64,000 bases of DNA from an uncultured Planctomycetales bacterium (GTDB taxonomy: Bacteria; Planctomycetota; Phycisphaerae; UBA1845; PWPN01): the NCBI GenBank assembly GCA_964653435.1, contig CAZZFA010000004.1, forward strand, positions 22,492 to 86,491, written 5' to 3'. Each line of letters starts with the position of its first letter. Within the stretch, counting starts at the first letter, position 1. The notes under the pieces were generated by a model that saw only the letters and a list, made by a program, of their open reading frames with translations, did no database searches and was not told the origin of the DNA. The position numbers and the translations under genes were made by a program. This document shows positions 16,762 to 27,603 of the stretch, piece after piece.

Positions 16762-17070
16762 CTACGCCCCCGTTCCCTGATCGAGCACCTTGGGCAGGGC
16801 GAAGAAGTTTCCGTCGCGCTGGGGTGCGTTGGCGAGGGCCTGGTCGGGGGTGAAGGGCACCGCGGGGGTGTCGTCGCGAAACACGTTCCGGACGGGCAGG
16901 GCGTGCGCGGTCGGCTCGACGCCCTCCGTGTCCAGCTCATTGAGCTTCTCGACGTACTCGACGATCCGCGAGAGCTGTTCGCTGAACTGCTTGACCTCGT
17001 CGTCGGACGGCTTGAGTCGCGACAGGTGGGCTATGTGTCGAACCAGTGCCTCGTCGATCTTTGCGGCCAT
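16762..17070 (-). CDS. gatC: Asp-tRNA(Asn)/Glu-tRNA(Gln) amidotransferase subunit C
   Basis: Starts at internal ATG 17070 of track ORF 16762..17286. The product MAAKIDEALVRHIAHLSRLKPSDDEVKQFSEQLSRIVEYVEKLNELDTEGVEPTAH is a classic GatC. Confidence 0.9.
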   Translation of the reverse strand: MAAKIDEALVRHIAHLSRLKPSDDEVKQFSEQLSRIVEYVEKLNELDTEGVEPTAHALPVRNVFRDDTPAVPFTPDQALANAPQRDGNFFALPKVLDQGTGA

Positions 17071-17546
17071 GTGGGGGACCCTGCAGGGCCTTCGTCGTCT
17101 GTTCCGTCGATCCGTTTGTCGTTGTGATGCGCCGCCCGCCGCCGGGCCGCGCCCGCCCGTTGAACATATCCGGCACGGCGCCGGCGTCAACCGCTCCTTT
17201 CGGCGTCGACGCGGAACAGATCGCCCGGCCATTGCGGCGAGCCTCGCCCGGCAGCGGGGCCGGTGCGCTGCCCCCTTGTCTCGCAAAGCCGGGCCAACGG
17301 CACACCGCTCAATCCGTCACGGGCGCCCTCGCGACTTCGGCCGCCGACTTGCTTGAAGAACCCCCGGCCAGCCACTAAGATTCCCGGTCCGCGCGGGGCG
17401 TCTCTCCGTGGGGCAGCACCGAGGGCGGTTATGCCGGCAGTTCCGCGTGCGCGGCTGCCGTATCGGCGTCGCAGATTCGGCCGGCGGGTTCGCCATACGC
17501 GACCCGCACGGGCGTGGCACACGGCATCCCTGTTTGTGAGGTGTTT

Positions 17547-19514
17547 ATGTCGCTTACGGATACGATCAACGCCAAGGCCATCGAGGCCGGCAAGCGCGTC
17601 TGTCACATGACCACCGCGGCCGGTTCCGGCCACCCGTCCACCGGGCTTTCGCTGGGGCACATTGTCGTGGCGCTCATGGAGAAGCAGATGCGGTGGGACC
17701 CGGCCGACCCGTGGAACCCGGGCAACGACCGGCTCGTGCTCTCCGAGGGGCACGCCGTTCCGATCGTGTACGCCGTGTATGCGGACGTGGGCGGCGTCGT
17801 GGGAAAGAGCCGCGACAAGGCACGCGTGCTGACCGTTCAGGAGCTCAACCGCCTCCGCGAGGCCGACAGTGAGCTCGACGGGCATCCGAATCCGGCGGAA
17901 GGTTTCCACTTTTTCGACGCGGCCACCGGTTCGCTCGGGCAGGGGCTGTCGGTCGGCGCCGGCCTCGGTCTGGCGGCGCGGCTTCGCGGCAGCGACAAGC
18001 GGATCTTCGTCATCATCGGCGACGGGGAAAGCCGCGAGGGGCAGATCTGGGAGGCCCTCGACTTCATCGTCGACCACAGGCTCACGAACGTCACCGCGAT
18101 CTTCAACTGCAACGGACTGGGGCAGGCCGATTCGGTCTCTCCGCAGCAATCCGCCGACACGCTTGTGAAGAAGCTCGAGGCCTTCGGCTGGGCCGTCAGG
18201 CGGATCGACGGGCACGATCCGGAGCAGATCGACGCGGCGCTGAGCGCGCCTCCGTCCGAACGCGCCGCGCAAGGAAGCGCCCCCGGCGCCAAGCCGCTGG
18301 CGATCGTGGCGAACACGGTCAAGGGCTGGGGCGTCCGGAGCATGCAGGGCCACGGGCATCACGGTACGCCGATACCGAAGGACCAGCTTCCGGCCGCCGA
18401 CGCGGACCTCGACGCGATGTATGCGACACTCAAGACGACGCCCGCCGCCGACGTGAAGATGACGCCGCCGAAGCCGCCCGCGCTCGCGCCTCTCCCGAAC
18501 CGGTCGATTCAGGTGATGCCGTTCGTCGAGGCGATGAAGGAGTTCGGCCAGGGCGCCGCCCTCGAGAAGAAGAAGATGGCAACCCGTCGGGCGTATGGTG
18601 TCGCGCTGGCGGCGCTGGGCAAGGCGGACGAGCGGGTCGTCGCCCTGGACGGCGACGTGAGCAACTCGACGTTCTCCAACATCTTTCACAAGGCGTTTCC
18701 CGATCGTTTCTTCGAGTGCAAGATCGCCGAGCAGAACATGATCTCGACGGCGGCGGGCCTGGCGGCGGCGGGGTTCATACCGTTCGCGAGCACCTTCGCC
18801 AAGTTCCTCGCCCGCGCATACGACCAGATCGAGATGGCCAGCATCAGCCGCGCGAACATCAAGCTCTGCGGCTCCCATGCCGGCGTTTCGCTGGCGGCCG
18901 ACGGCCCGTCGCAGATGTCGCTGCCGGACATGGCCTACTTCCGCAGCTACACGGAGACCGACGACGGCTTCGGCCGCCCGGCGTGCGTGGTCTTTCAGCC
19001 GGCGGATGCAGTCGCCGCGTATCATTGCACCGTCCTGGCGGCGAACCACCACGGCATGTGCTACATCCGCACGCACCGCCCGGACGTGGCATTCCTCTAT
19101 GACCCGAGCACGAGGTTCGAGATCGGCGGCTCGCACCGGCTCGCCGAAGGCTCGGCGCTTACGATCGTCAGCAGCGGCTATATGGTCACGGTCGCGAAGC
19201 AGGCCGTCGAGCGGCTCGCCGCCGCCGGCATTTCATGCACCCTGTTCGATGCCTACAGCTTCCCGCTGAAGACCGACCCGATCCTCGCCGCCGCGAGGCA
19301 GACCGGCGGCCGGATTCTCACGGTCGAGGACAACTACGTCGGCGGCCTCGATGGGGCGATCGCCGAGGCGGCCGCGCGGACGGGCGGCGTGACCGTGCAC
19401 TCGATGGTCTGCAAGGGGATTCCGAAGTCCGCCAAGACCCCCGAGGAGATTCTGGCGTACCTCGGGCTGTCGGTCGACGACATCGTCAGACGCGCGACGG
19501 CGATGGTGAAATAG
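17547..19514 (+). CDS. tkt: transketolase
   Basis: ATG 17547 follows SD GAGG. The sequence reads MSLTDTINAKAIEAGKRVCHMTTAAGSGHPSTGLSLGHIVVAL...GDGESREGQIWEAL. It is a single polypeptide of about 655 aa. Confidence 0.9.
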   Translation: MSLTDTINAKAIEAGKRVCHMTTAAGSGHPSTGLSLGHIVVALMEKQMRWDPADPWNPGNDRLVLSEGHAVPIVYAVYADVGGVVGKSRDKARVLTVQELNRLREADSELDGHPNPAEGFHFFDAATGSLGQGLSVGAGLGLAARLRGSDKRIFVIIGDGESREGQIWEALDFIVDHRLTNVTAIFNCNGLGQADSVSPQQSADTLVKKLEAFGWAVRRIDGHDPEQIDAALSAPPSERAAQGSAPGAKPLAIVANTVKGWGVRSMQGHGHHGTPIPKDQLPAADADLDAMYATLKTTPAADVKMTPPKPPALAPLPNRSIQVMPFVEAMKEFGQGAALEKKKMATRRAYGVALAALGKADERVVALDGDVSNSTFSNIFHKAFPDRFFECKIAEQNMISTAAGLAAAGFIPFASTFAKFLARAYDQIEMASISRANIKLCGSHAGVSLAADGPSQMSLPDMAYFRSYTETDDGFGRPACVVFQPADAVAAYHCTVLAANHHGMCYIRTHRPDVAFLYDPSTRFEIGGSHRLAEGSALTIVSSGYMVTVAKQAVERLAAAGISCTLFDAYSFPLKTDPILAAARQTGGRILTVEDNYVGGLDGAIAEAAARTGGVTVHSMVCKGIPKSAKTPEEILAYLGLSVDDIVRRATAMVK

Positions 19515-19584
19515 GAAGCGGCCATCGGCCGGCGATCGTGGCGGGTCGGCTGCGGCCGCGATTGCGGCACGCGTCGGGCGCTCC

Positions 19585-21318
19585 TCAACTCGCCACGGGG
19601 CGCGTCGTCGCCGAAGCGCGAGGCACCTTGGGAAGCTCGCCAGGCGCCTTGGGAAGCTCGCCGTAGAGAACCTGGTTGTCGCGGGTCCGGCCCTTGCCTT
19701 CGAACGAACAGTGAAAGTACGCGCGGCCCGCTTCGTACTCCGGCAACCGGACCGGCAGCTTGCGGACGGCTGCCTCCAGGTGCAGCAGCGCCAGCGGCGT
19801 GATCGAGTCGAGCCGGCAGAAGGGCGCCTCGCGGTTGGCGACGAAGAAGCCGCCGTGATACTCCCGCTTCATCAGGTTGTCGCCGACGCGTTGCGCGAGG
19901 CGCAGAAACTCGCCCCGCCGCGTGGCCTTGTGCAGTTCCAGCAGGGCGAAGATCGTCTCGGGTTCGGCGTCAGCGGTGTTGAAGTTGGCGGCGGCGACGG
20001 CCCCGGCCTTCTCGCCCGGATCGCCGAGACCCAGCCCGCGCGCGATGGCGCGCGTCATCCGCCACATCCGCTCGTCGCCGCTCAGCCGGTATGCCAGCGC
20101 ATACGCCCGCAGGTGCAGGCCGGTCGCCGGGCGCTTCTCGAGCCAGCGCGCCTCCACGTAGCCTTCTCGCTTGCGGTCCGCCGGCGTCAGCCGGGTGCCG
20201 TCGATCAGCGTTGCCCGGAACGCGTTCTCGTCCGGGTCGTACGCGTACCTGGCGTAGGCCGTCAGGTCTTCGACCGCCCACCGCTTGAACTCCTCGCCCG
20301 CCGCCCCGAGGCGATCGAAGAGCTTCATCCGGCAGATCGCGGCGTGCGTGTAGCGGTTGCCATAAAGGCTTGTAACGGTTGCCTCCGTGAAGCGGTTGCC
20401 GAACTCCGCGCCGAACTGCTGCGTCATCCGGTCCGGCGTGAGCGTGCTGTAGTTGTCCGCACCGAGGCCCGTCCGGGGGTCGCGCGCGTCCGCATATCGC
20501 CCGGCGATCCGCTTGGCCCACGTCAGCGCCTGCCGGTCGCCCGAGAGCTGGTATAACAATGCGGCGGCATACCAGAGGTCTCCGCCCGTGTTGATGAACG
20601 TCAGCCCCTGGCCGGCGAACGGTACCGGCCCGCCGACGTACTCGTGGTCCCAGGGTCCCGGAGGCACGGGCTGGTAGTAGCCGTGCCGGTTCATGTCGAG
20701 GATGTCCCACCGCAGGATGTGGTTCGACCAGAACGACTCGACGAACTTGCGGGTCGCGTCGGGGTCGACTTCCCACATCAGCTCGTAGTACGGGAAGTTG
20801 CTCTTGAGTTCGTGCTTGCCGGCGACGCCGTTTGGGCTGCGGCCCTCGCCCACCGGCTGGTTCGTTCGCAGGTCCCACGCCGCGTGCCCGCCCCAGAACA
20901 GCAGCCCGCTGGGGTGCCGCAGATGGTCGAGAGCATAGCGCGTCGCGTCCACCGCCGCCTGTTTGTACTTCGCGTCGCCCGTGAGCTGCGTCAGGGCAAC
21001 GAGGACGCGGAAGAGGTTCTGCTGGTTCGCGAGGTCCGACATGACCCACTCGCGCGGCATGTTCCACTTCTCCGCGTGTTGGGGCTCGAGCTTCCAGACG
21101 GCAGGCTCGTGCGTGTCGGGGTTCAGCCCGTCGACGAAGAGCGGCGTCGGTTTGGGGCCGTATCGGTCGCGGCCGTACCGCAGCGCGTTGTCGGCGAAGG
21201 CGCGGACCGCCGGAAGGTAGGAGTGCGCATCTTCGCCTTTGGGTTCCCCGGCGTAAGCGACCGCTGCCGGCCACGTCGCGAGAATCATCGCGCCGATATA
21301 CGGCGTTCGTCCGATCAT
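19585..21318 (-). CDS. secreted protein, possibly an (alpha/alpha)-barrel polysaccharide lyase/hydrolase-like enzyme
   Basis: ATG 21318 follows a strong SD AGGAGG. The signal peptide is MIGRTPYIGAMILATWPAAVAYA. The function guess (PL10-like) is weak and rests only on QQNLFRVLVALTQLTGDAKYKQAAVDATRYALDHL. A 21-nt tandem duplication at the C-terminus gives GELPKAPGELPKVP. Confidence 0.8.
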   Translation of the reverse strand: MIGRTPYIGAMILATWPAAVAYAGEPKGEDAHSYLPAVRAFADNALRYGRDRYGPKPTPLFVDGLNPDTHEPAVWKLEPQHAEKWNMPREWVMSDLANQQNLFRVLVALTQLTGDAKYKQAAVDATRYALDHLRHPSGLLFWGGHAAWDLRTNQPVGEGRSPNGVAGKHELKSNFPYYELMWEVDPDATRKFVESFWSNHILRWDILDMNRHGYYQPVPPGPWDHEYVGGPVPFAGQGLTFINTGGDLWYAAALLYQLSGDRQALTWAKRIAGRYADARDPRTGLGADNYSTLTPDRMTQQFGAEFGNRFTEATVTSLYGNRYTHAAICRMKLFDRLGAAGEEFKRWAVEDLTAYARYAYDPDENAFRATLIDGTRLTPADRKREGYVEARWLEKRPATGLHLRAYALAYRLSGDERMWRMTRAIARGLGLGDPGEKAGAVAAANFNTADAEPETIFALLELHKATRRGEFLRLAQRVGDNLMKREYHGGFFVANREAPFCRLDSITPLALLHLEAAVRKLPVRLPEYEAGRAYFHCSFEGKGRTRDNQVLYGELPKAPGELPKVPRASATTRPVAS

Positions 21319-21421
21319 GCGGTTCCTCCTGTATCCCCGTCGTGGCGCTGCCACGGGGGCAACATGCCACGCGCATCGGCGCGGCAGGGCATCATGGTCC
21401 GTCGCTCATCGGGTTGCCGGC

Positions 21422-22987
21422 CTACTGCCGCCTGCGCTCCGCGGGCGTTGCCTTGCCCGGCAGTGCCTCGCGCCAGCCTGCGTGAAGCTTGCGGGCCAGT
21501 TCCTTGACGAGTTCTTTGTTCTCCGGCCTGCCGGCGATGTTCACGTTTTCGCCCGGGTCATTCTGGTGGTCGTACAGCTCCACGCCGACGGGTTCCTTGC
21601 CCGGTTCGGCCCATTCCGTGTAGCGGTAGCGATCCGTCCGTATCGAGTGGCCCATGAGCCCTTTTCGCGGGTACTGACTGAAGGCGGCCTGCTGAACCGG
21701 GCGGTCCGGATGCTCCATGGCCGGCACCAGGCTTGTGCCCTCCAGGCCCTCGGGGATCGGCAGGCCGGCGAGGTCGCACAGGGTCGGATAGATATCGACG
21801 AACTCCGCGAGCCCATTCGTCTTGACGCCGGCAAACCGGCGGCCCGCCGGGCTGATGATCAGCGGCGCCCGTGTGGCCACCTCGAAGTTCGTGTGTTTGC
21901 ACCACAGGCCGTGCTCGCCGAGGTGCCAGCCGTGATCGCCCCAGAGCACGATGATCGTGTTGTCCCGAAGGCCAAGCCGGTCGAGCTCGTCCAGAACGCG
22001 GCCGATCTGCGCGTCGGTGTAACTGACGGCGGCGTAGTAGGCCCGGATGAGTTCCTTCGCCTTGCTCTCGGAGAGCGGGCCCTTCTTCGGGATGTCGCTG
22101 TAGCTCCGCAACTCGCCCCAGTCCGTCAGCGCCGGCGGCGGCACATCCTCGGGCGGGTTCGGGTTGCCGCAGACCTTGATCGTCTCCGGCGGATAGAGAT
22201 CGAAGTATTTCTTCGGCGCCACGAACAGCAGGTGCGGCTTGAGGAACCCGACGGCGAGGAAGAAGGGCTTATCCTTGATCTCGCGCAGGGCTTCGATCGC
22301 GCGGTCGGCGGTCATGCCGTCGGCGAGGGCGTTGTCGGGGCCTTCGGCGGCCTCCCACGACGGCCCGTTCGCCCGCGGGCCGCGCGCCACCCGCAAGGTG
22401 AGGCCCGTCTTCGGATCCTTTTCGATGATCCGAGCGGTGTTCACGTTTTCGCGCGATCGCAGTTCGCGCCGGCTGGCGGCGACGGCCGCAAGGGATTCCG
22501 GCTTCGTGTAGGTGGGGGCGTTCGGCCTCCAGTGCGGGACGCTCCACGATTGCGGGTCGTCCAGGTCGCCGTGATAGATCTTGCTGAGGCCCTGCACGTG
22601 GTATCCGTGCTTCTTGAAGTACTCGGGCAGGGTCACCACGTCCGGGATCGTCTTGCGGAAGTGCGTGTTCAGGTCGTAGATCTTCGTCGTGTCCGGGCGC
22701 AGGCCGGTCAGCAGCGACGTTCGCGAGGGGCTGCACACAGCCTGCTGGCAGTAGGCGCGACGGAACAGGACCCCGCCCGCGGCCAGCTTGTCGATGTTGG
22801 GCGAGCGGATCTGTGATGCGCCGTAGCAGCCCAGCTCGGGCCGCAGATCGTCCACGGCGATAAACAGTACGTTCGGTTTGGCCGCCTCGTCCGCGGAGGC
22901 GAGGCCGGCCGCGCCCGCCGCCTGAATGATGCATGCGGCGGCGAGCAGGGTCTTGAGGTTTCGACCGTGGTCTGCGAGTCGTTTCAT
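21422..22987 (-). CDS. sulfatase (formylglycine-dependent, iduronate-2-sulfatase-like)
   Basis: 521 aa with a signal peptide. It reads KPNVLFIAVDDLRPELGCYG...AVCSPSRTSLLTG (C-x-P-x-R motif). Confidence 0.9.
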   Translation of the reverse strand: MKRLADHGRNLKTLLAAACIIQAAGAAGLASADEAAKPNVLFIAVDDLRPELGCYGASQIRSPNIDKLAAGGVLFRRAYCQQAVCSPSRTSLLTGLRPDTTKIYDLNTHFRKTIPDVVTLPEYFKKHGYHVQGLSKIYHGDLDDPQSWSVPHWRPNAPTYTKPESLAAVAASRRELRSRENVNTARIIEKDPKTGLTLRVARGPRANGPSWEAAEGPDNALADGMTADRAIEALREIKDKPFFLAVGFLKPHLLFVAPKKYFDLYPPETIKVCGNPNPPEDVPPPALTDWGELRSYSDIPKKGPLSESKAKELIRAYYAAVSYTDAQIGRVLDELDRLGLRDNTIIVLWGDHGWHLGEHGLWCKHTNFEVATRAPLIISPAGRRFAGVKTNGLAEFVDIYPTLCDLAGLPIPEGLEGTSLVPAMEHPDRPVQQAAFSQYPRKGLMGHSIRTDRYRYTEWAEPGKEPVGVELYDHQNDPGENVNIAGRPENKELVKELARKLHAGWREALPGKATPAERRRQ

Positions 22988-23029
22988 GTGCGTGTACTCC
23001 CGGCCAGGGAAAGCCCTCGGTCCAACCGG

Positions 23030-24103
23030 TCACCGTGCCGGATGGGTCGCGGTGCTGCGGGCCGTCGGTTGTTTCAAATGCCTGTCGAAGAACTCGGCGG
23101 CCAGCTTGTATGTCTCCGGCCGGCCCACGCCGTGCCCGGCGTCCGGCAGGATTCTGAGCGTGACCTCGACGCCCGCCTTCTTGAGCGCCGCCGCAAGCAG
23201 TTCAGCGTGCTTCGGACGGACGAGCGTGTCCTTGGCGCCGTGCACGATGAGAAACGGCGGGTCGTCGCGGCTCACATGGGCCACCGGGCTTGCCAGCACG
23301 GCCTTCTCGCGGTTCTCGCGAAGCGGGCCGCCGAAGAGCTTCGTGACGGCCTTCGCGCCTTCCTGCTTGCCGGCCCACGGATCGCTCTCGAAGTCCTCTT
23401 CCCGGAAGGACGAGGGGCCGCAGAAGTCGCACACGGCCTGCACGCGGCTCGAGTACTTCAGGTTGTCGCCGACGTCGCCCTCCAGCTCTTTCACTCCGCC
23501 GCTGGTGCCCAGCAGCGCGGCGAGATGCCCGCCCGCCGAAGCGCCCCACACGCCGATGCGATCGGCCGCGAAGCCGTACTCCTTCGCGTGCGCCCGCACC
23601 CAGCGGATGGCGGCCTTGCAGTCGTGAATCTGGGCGGGGAAGGGCGCCTCATCGGTCAGCCGATAGTTGATGCTGACGGCTGCGTAGCCCTGGCTCACGA
23701 GGGGCACCGCCGGGCAGCGGCCCTTGTCACCGGACTGCCAGCCGCCGCCGTGAATCCAGACGATCACCGGAAGCGGGCGCGGTGCGTCTTTCGGAAGGTA
23801 GATGTCCAACAGCAGCGGCTTGCCGTCGACCCGGGCATACTCGATGTCGCGGAGGGCCTTTGTCCCCCTGGGGAGGGATTCCTCCGCCGGGCGTGAGCGC
23901 GCGCCTTGCCGCTCGCGGTACGCCCGGACCGCCTCGCGCCGTTCCTCCGGGCTGAGGCGGCCGTCGCCGTCCTTGTCGAACTCCTTCAGGGCACGCTGGC
24001 GGAGGGCTTCGCGGTCGGGCGGCGCGGCCTCCTCGGCCGACACGAAAGGCCCCCAGAACGTTGCAGACAGCAGGGCGATCGCGAATGCACGCAGTCGGAT
24101 CAT
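23030..24103 (-). CDS. secreted alpha/beta-hydrolase (esterase/lipase) with N-terminal EF-hand
   Basis: Starts at internal ATG 24103 with signal peptide MIRLRAFAIALLSATFW. The EF-hand loop is DKDGDGRLSPEE. It also has VWIHGGGWQSGDK and the nucleophile elbow GASAGG. Confidence 0.85.
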   Translation of the reverse strand: MIRLRAFAIALLSATFWGPFVSAEEAAPPDREALRQRALKEFDKDGDGRLSPEERREAVRAYRERQGARSRPAEESLPRGTKALRDIEYARVDGKPLLLDIYLPKDAPRPLPVIVWIHGGGWQSGDKGRCPAVPLVSQGYAAVSINYRLTDEAPFPAQIHDCKAAIRWVRAHAKEYGFAADRIGVWGASAGGHLAALLGTSGGVKELEGDVGDNLKYSSRVQAVCDFCGPSSFREEDFESDPWAGKQEGAKAVTKLFGGPLRENREKAVLASPVAHVSRDDPPFLIVHGAKDTLVRPKHAELLAAALKKAGVEVTLRILPDAGHGVGRPETYKLAAEFFDRHLKQPTARSTATHPAR

Positions 24104-24315
24104 GGAAACTCCTTGTTCGTCCGGCGCGCCGTCCGAAAGGGCGCGCTCACTCGGCTCAACGCAGACGGTCGGCATATTAATGCACGCATCGGCGCGTGTA
24201 CATCGAAAAGGGCGCATCGCCGAACGGGGGCTGTCATTGGGCGGTGCGGCGCGGTAGGATTGCCCCGCTTGAACGGCGGGGGCACGGCGTGCCTCCGGCG
24301 AAAGGCGATGGCTTC

Positions 24316-25764
24316 ATGAGGAGGAACAACGGAATGGACCGGATGAATCCGCGCGTACGGCGACAATGGGCGGGCGCCGCTTTCCGGGCGGCTCTCGTTG
24401 CGGCGGCCGGATTGGTTCCCTGGCTGGCGGGCACTGCCGGGGCTGCCGCGGCCGAGGCAGGACGGCCCAACGTGCTCTTTCTGCTCACCGATGACCAGCG
24501 GGCGGATGCGATCGGCGCGATGGGCAACCCGGCCATCAAGACCCCGGTGATGGACTCGCTGGCCCGGCGGGGCCTTGCCTTCCGGAACGCGTACGTGCTG
24601 GGGAGCAATGTGCCCGCGGTCTGTACCCCGAGCCGCAATATGATCATGAGCGGCCGCGCGTATTTCCGCTGGCAGGGGCTGTATGCCTCGCCCGATCAGC
24701 CGAACTTCCCCGTCACGCTCGAGAACGCGGGATACGTCACCTACCACTACGGCAAGAAGGGCAACACGGCCATCCTGATCCAGGAGAAGTTCAACACGAA
24801 CAAGTACCTCCAGGACGACGCCGATCGCGAGGACGGCGAGCCGGGCAAGGCCATCGTGGATGACGCCATCGCCTTCCTGAAGGAAAAGCACGGCGGCCGA
24901 CCGTTCTTCATGTACCTCGCGTTTTCCAACCCGCACGATCCCCGCGTCGCGGCGCAGAAATACCTGGACATGTATCCGCTCGAGAAGGTCCCGCTGCCGA
25001 AGAACTTCATGCCCGTTCATCCCTTCGACAACGGCGAGATGCTCATCCGCGACGAGCTGCTCGCGCCGTGGCCGCGCACGGAGCAGGAGATCCGCAAGCA
25101 GCTCCGTGACTATTACGCGGTCATCACGGGGCTTGATTATCACATCGGCCGGCTGCTTGCGGCGCTGAAGGACCTGAAGCTCGATGACAACACGATCATC
25201 ATTTTCGCCTCGGACAACGGGCTGTCGCTCGGCAGCCACGGCCTGATGGGCAAGCAGAACCTGTACGAGGAAGGCACCAAGGTTCCGCTCATCTTCGCCG
25301 GGCCGGGGATTGCCGCCGGCCGCAGCGATGCTCTGGTGTACCTGATGGACATCTTTCCCACGGTCTGCGATCTGGTGAACATCCCGGTGCCCGCGGGACT
25401 GGACGGCAAGAGCCTCAAACCCGTCATTGACCGGCGGGAGCCGGGCGTGCGGTCCACGCTCTTCACGGCCTACCGCGACGTGCAGCGGGCGATCCGCGAC
25501 GATCGCTGGAAGCTGATCCGTTACCCGAAGATCAACAAGACGCAGTTGTTCGACCTGAAAGACGACCCCGACGAGATGCATGATCTGGCGGGCGATCCGG
25601 CACAGGCGGGCCGAATCGAGCGGATGATGGCCGAGCTGGAGCGCTGGCAGAAGCAGCTTGGCGACACGGCTCCGCTGACCTCGGAGCACCCGAAGGATCC
25701 GACGTTCACGCCGCCGACCGGCGAAGCGCTGGAAAAGCTGCTCAAGCCCGCGAAGAAGAAGTGA
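24316..25764 (+). CDS. sulfatase
   Basis: RPNVLFLLTDDQRADAIGAMG...AVCTPSRNMIMSG. The start was chosen at ATG 24316 (MRRNNGMDRMNPRVRRQWAGAAF..., signal-like); the track ORF begins at 24196. Confidence 0.9.
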   Translation: MRRNNGMDRMNPRVRRQWAGAAFRAALVAAAGLVPWLAGTAGAAAAEAGRPNVLFLLTDDQRADAIGAMGNPAIKTPVMDSLARRGLAFRNAYVLGSNVPAVCTPSRNMIMSGRAYFRWQGLYASPDQPNFPVTLENAGYVTYHYGKKGNTAILIQEKFNTNKYLQDDADREDGEPGKAIVDDAIAFLKEKHGGRPFFMYLAFSNPHDPRVAAQKYLDMYPLEKVPLPKNFMPVHPFDNGEMLIRDELLAPWPRTEQEIRKQLRDYYAVITGLDYHIGRLLAALKDLKLDDNTIIIFASDNGLSLGSHGLMGKQNLYEEGTKVPLIFAGPGIAAGRSDALVYLMDIFPTVCDLVNIPVPAGLDGKSLKPVIDRREPGVRSTLFTAYRDVQRAIRDDRWKLIRYPKINKTQLFDLKDDPDEMHDLAGDPAQAGRIERMMAELERWQKQLGDTAPLTSEHPKDPTFTPPTGEALEKLLKPAKKK

Positions 25765-25857
25765 CGCGGGGAAGGCGGCCGTGGTGCCGCTGCTACCCGA
25801 GGCGCCGGGTTTTGTCCGCTTGCGCGGATGGCGGCCGCGCCGTACGAGGAGCGAACG

Positions 25858-27492
25858 ATGCACACGATGCGACCGGCTCTCTGCGCCGTGGCGTTCCTGG
25901 CCGCAGGTGTCTGCGCGGCCCCGGCTGACGACAAGCCGGCCCGCCCGAACATCATCCTCATTCTGGCCGACGACATGGGCTTCTCCGACCTGGGCTGCTA
26001 CGGCTCCGAGATCGCCACGCCCAATATCGACCGGCTCGCCGCGCACGGACTGCGCTTTACGCAGTTCTACAACGCCGCCCGGTGTTGCCCGACGCGCGCG
26101 GCGCTGCTCACCGGCCTGTATCCGCATCAGGCCGGCGTCGGTCACATGCTCGGAGACTGGGCGAAGCCCGCGTACACCAGCGGCCTGAATGACCGCTGCG
26201 TCACCATCGCCGAACTGCTGCGCGAGGCCGGCTACCGCACATACATGGTCGGCAAGTGGCACGTCGGCCAGCTCGTGGGCAGGAAGCCCGCGAACCGTCC
26301 GCTCGACCGCGGCTTCGAGCATTTCTACGGTACCGGCGGCGGCGGAAACTACTTCGCCCCCGAACCGCTCATGCGCGACAACGACCGCATCCAACCCGGC
26401 GCCGACGGCTACTACGTCACCGACGACTTCAGCGAGGCGGCCGTCCGCTTCATCGAACAACACGTCAAGAGCGGCACGCAGGCGCCCTTCTTCCTGCACC
26501 TGTGCTACACGGCGCCCCACTTCCCGCTGCAGGCGAAGCCCGACGACATCGCCCGCAACCGGGGCCGGTACAAGGACGGCTGGGACGCCCTCCGTGCGCG
26601 ACGGTACGCCCGCCAGAAGGAACTCGGCATCATCGACCCGCTCTGGCCGCTCTCTCCGCGGGATCCCGTTGCGCAACCGTGGGCCGACGCGACGGACAAG
26701 GAGGAGTGGGACCTCCGCATGGCTGTCTATGCCGCCATGATCGAGTGCATGGACCGGGGCGTCGGCCGCGTGGTCGAGGCCGTCCATCGCGCCGGCATGG
26801 AGCGGAATACCCTGATCCTCTTCCTCTCCGACAACGGAGCAAGCGCCGAGTTTCTCGACACGTGGCCCAACCCCGCCCGCGGCCACAAGCCCGGTTCCAT
26901 CACCGGCACGAAGGAGTCGCACCGCTGCCTCGAGGTCGGCTGGGCCAACGCCGCGAACACCCCGTTCCGCGAGCACAAGATGTGGGTCCATGAAGGCGGC
27001 ATCGCCACGCCCCTGATCGCGTGCTGGCCCGGCACCATTCGCGCGGAGGGTTCGCTGACCCGCGAAGTCGGCCATGTGATCGACCTCATGCCGACATGCC
27101 TCGAGCTGGCCGGCGCCACATATCCCCGCGAGTTCCACGGCCGCGAGCTCACGCCGCCGGCGGGCCGGTCCCTGGTGCCGGTGTTTCGCGGGGGCCGATG
27201 GTCCGAGCCGCGGACGTTGTACTGGGAGCACGAAGGCAACCGCGCGATCCGTAAGGGCGACTGGAAGCTGGTCGGCGAGTTCAGGGGACCGTGGGAACTC
27301 TACGACATGCGGGCGGACCGCACGGAGACGAAGAACCTTGCGGCGGGCGAACCCGAACGGGTCAAGGCCCTCGCCGCCGAGTGGCAGACCTGGGCCGACA
27401 AGGTCGGCGTGATCCCGTGGGAAAAGCTTCCCGGCGGCAACTACAGGCCATCAAGCACGTATCGCAGGAAATCCGAGCCGGTCGCGCAATAA
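25858..27492 (+). CDS. arylsulfatase
   Basis: ATG 25858 follows SD GAGGAG. The signal peptide is MHTMRPALCAVAFLAAGVCA. It reads RPNIILILADDMGFSDLGCYG...ARCCPTRAALLTG. Confidence 0.9.
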   Translation: MHTMRPALCAVAFLAAGVCAAPADDKPARPNIILILADDMGFSDLGCYGSEIATPNIDRLAAHGLRFTQFYNAARCCPTRAALLTGLYPHQAGVGHMLGDWAKPAYTSGLNDRCVTIAELLREAGYRTYMVGKWHVGQLVGRKPANRPLDRGFEHFYGTGGGGNYFAPEPLMRDNDRIQPGADGYYVTDDFSEAAVRFIEQHVKSGTQAPFFLHLCYTAPHFPLQAKPDDIARNRGRYKDGWDALRARRYARQKELGIIDPLWPLSPRDPVAQPWADATDKEEWDLRMAVYAAMIECMDRGVGRVVEAVHRAGMERNTLILFLSDNGASAEFLDTWPNPARGHKPGSITGTKESHRCLEVGWANAANTPFREHKMWVHEGGIATPLIACWPGTIRAEGSLTREVGHVIDLMPTCLELAGATYPREFHGRELTPPAGRSLVPVFRGGRWSEPRTLYWEHEGNRAIRKGDWKLVGEFRGPWELYDMRADRTETKNLAAGEPERVKALAAEWQTWADKVGVIPWEKLPGGNYRPSSTYRRKSEPVAQ

Positions 27493-27603
27493 CCGCGTGA
27501 GTCAGGCGTCCCGCTCGCGAGAAGGGGGGAAAGCGCCCCGCCTGCCGGCGAAGGTGTGCAGGATGCACGCCCTCCAGGCCGGCCGCGAACGTGCCTGCCG
27601 GTT

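Noticed and set aside
17187-19136. 649-aa minus-strand ORF overlapping tkt.
   Set aside because: It is the antisense shadow of a transketolase with unmistakable motifs. Its sequence is Arg/Ala/Gly-rich junk.
24100-27231. 1043-aa minus-strand ORF spanning two sulfatase genes; also 27556..29079 and 28956..30980 on the plus strand.
   Set aside because: They lie opposite well-supported sulfatase and GH20-like genes (C-x-P-x-R motifs, signal peptides, SD sites) and have low-complexity composition.
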